Shown one piece after another: positions 63,999-64,000 of a DNA stretch of 64,000 nucleotides. A program made the translations under genes and the position numbers. Source of the DNA: a virus; IMG/VR virus record IMGVR_UViG_3300032523_001141, positions 32,001-96,000 of that record. One strand, given 5' to 3'. Under the pieces are notes generated by a model, which searched no databases, was not told the DNA's origin, and was given only the letters and a program-made list of their open reading frames with translations. How positions within the stretch are numbered: the stretch's first letter is position 1; each line of letters begins with the position of its first letter.

Positions 63999-64000
63999 GC

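Larger units (their letters stand above)
1..64000 (-). mobile_element. Segment of a large myovirus-type (jumbo) phage genome: virion morphogenesis plus phage RNA polymerase region
   Basis: Co-oriented, abutting genes for capsid, prohead protease, sheath, tube, tape measure, baseplate J/gp25 and a divergent RNAP; no host housekeeping genes, rRNA or tRNA seen. Confidence 0.93.

Noticed and set aside
1-64000. Stop-codon reassignment, inteins or introns, tRNA genes
   Set aside because: The standard code gives long abutting genes ending in TAA, TAG and TGA; no intein motifs or tRNA cloverleaves were recognised by eye

Overview
The whole window reads as the late/structural arm of a large (jumbo-type) contractile-tailed dsDNA phage. 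Essentially all credible genes lie on the minus strand and are tightly packed. In transcription order (high to low coordinates) it contains: a protease plus membrane-protein cassette (matrixin with a peptidoglycan-binding-like domain, papain-like peptidase); a phage multi-subunit RNA polymerase (beta fused to the N-terminal part of beta', plus a separate C-terminal beta' gene) among putative internal head proteins; prohead protease, scaffold, decoration and major capsid genes; neck genes; sheath, tube, spike, a frameshifted chaperone pair and tape measure; baseplate genes with a sigma-70-family gene among them; and Cys/Ser-rich baseplate and fibre genes. The strongest novel signal is that both RNAP subunits, the sigma factor, the tape measure and several glycine-zipper head proteins contain no cysteine, and the RNAP has lost both Zn sites, while outer virion proteins are unusually Cys-rich. 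This suggests a virion-packaged, injected RNAP-sigma holoenzyme. All assignments come from manual motif recognition, not database searches. A Planctomycete-like host is an inference only.
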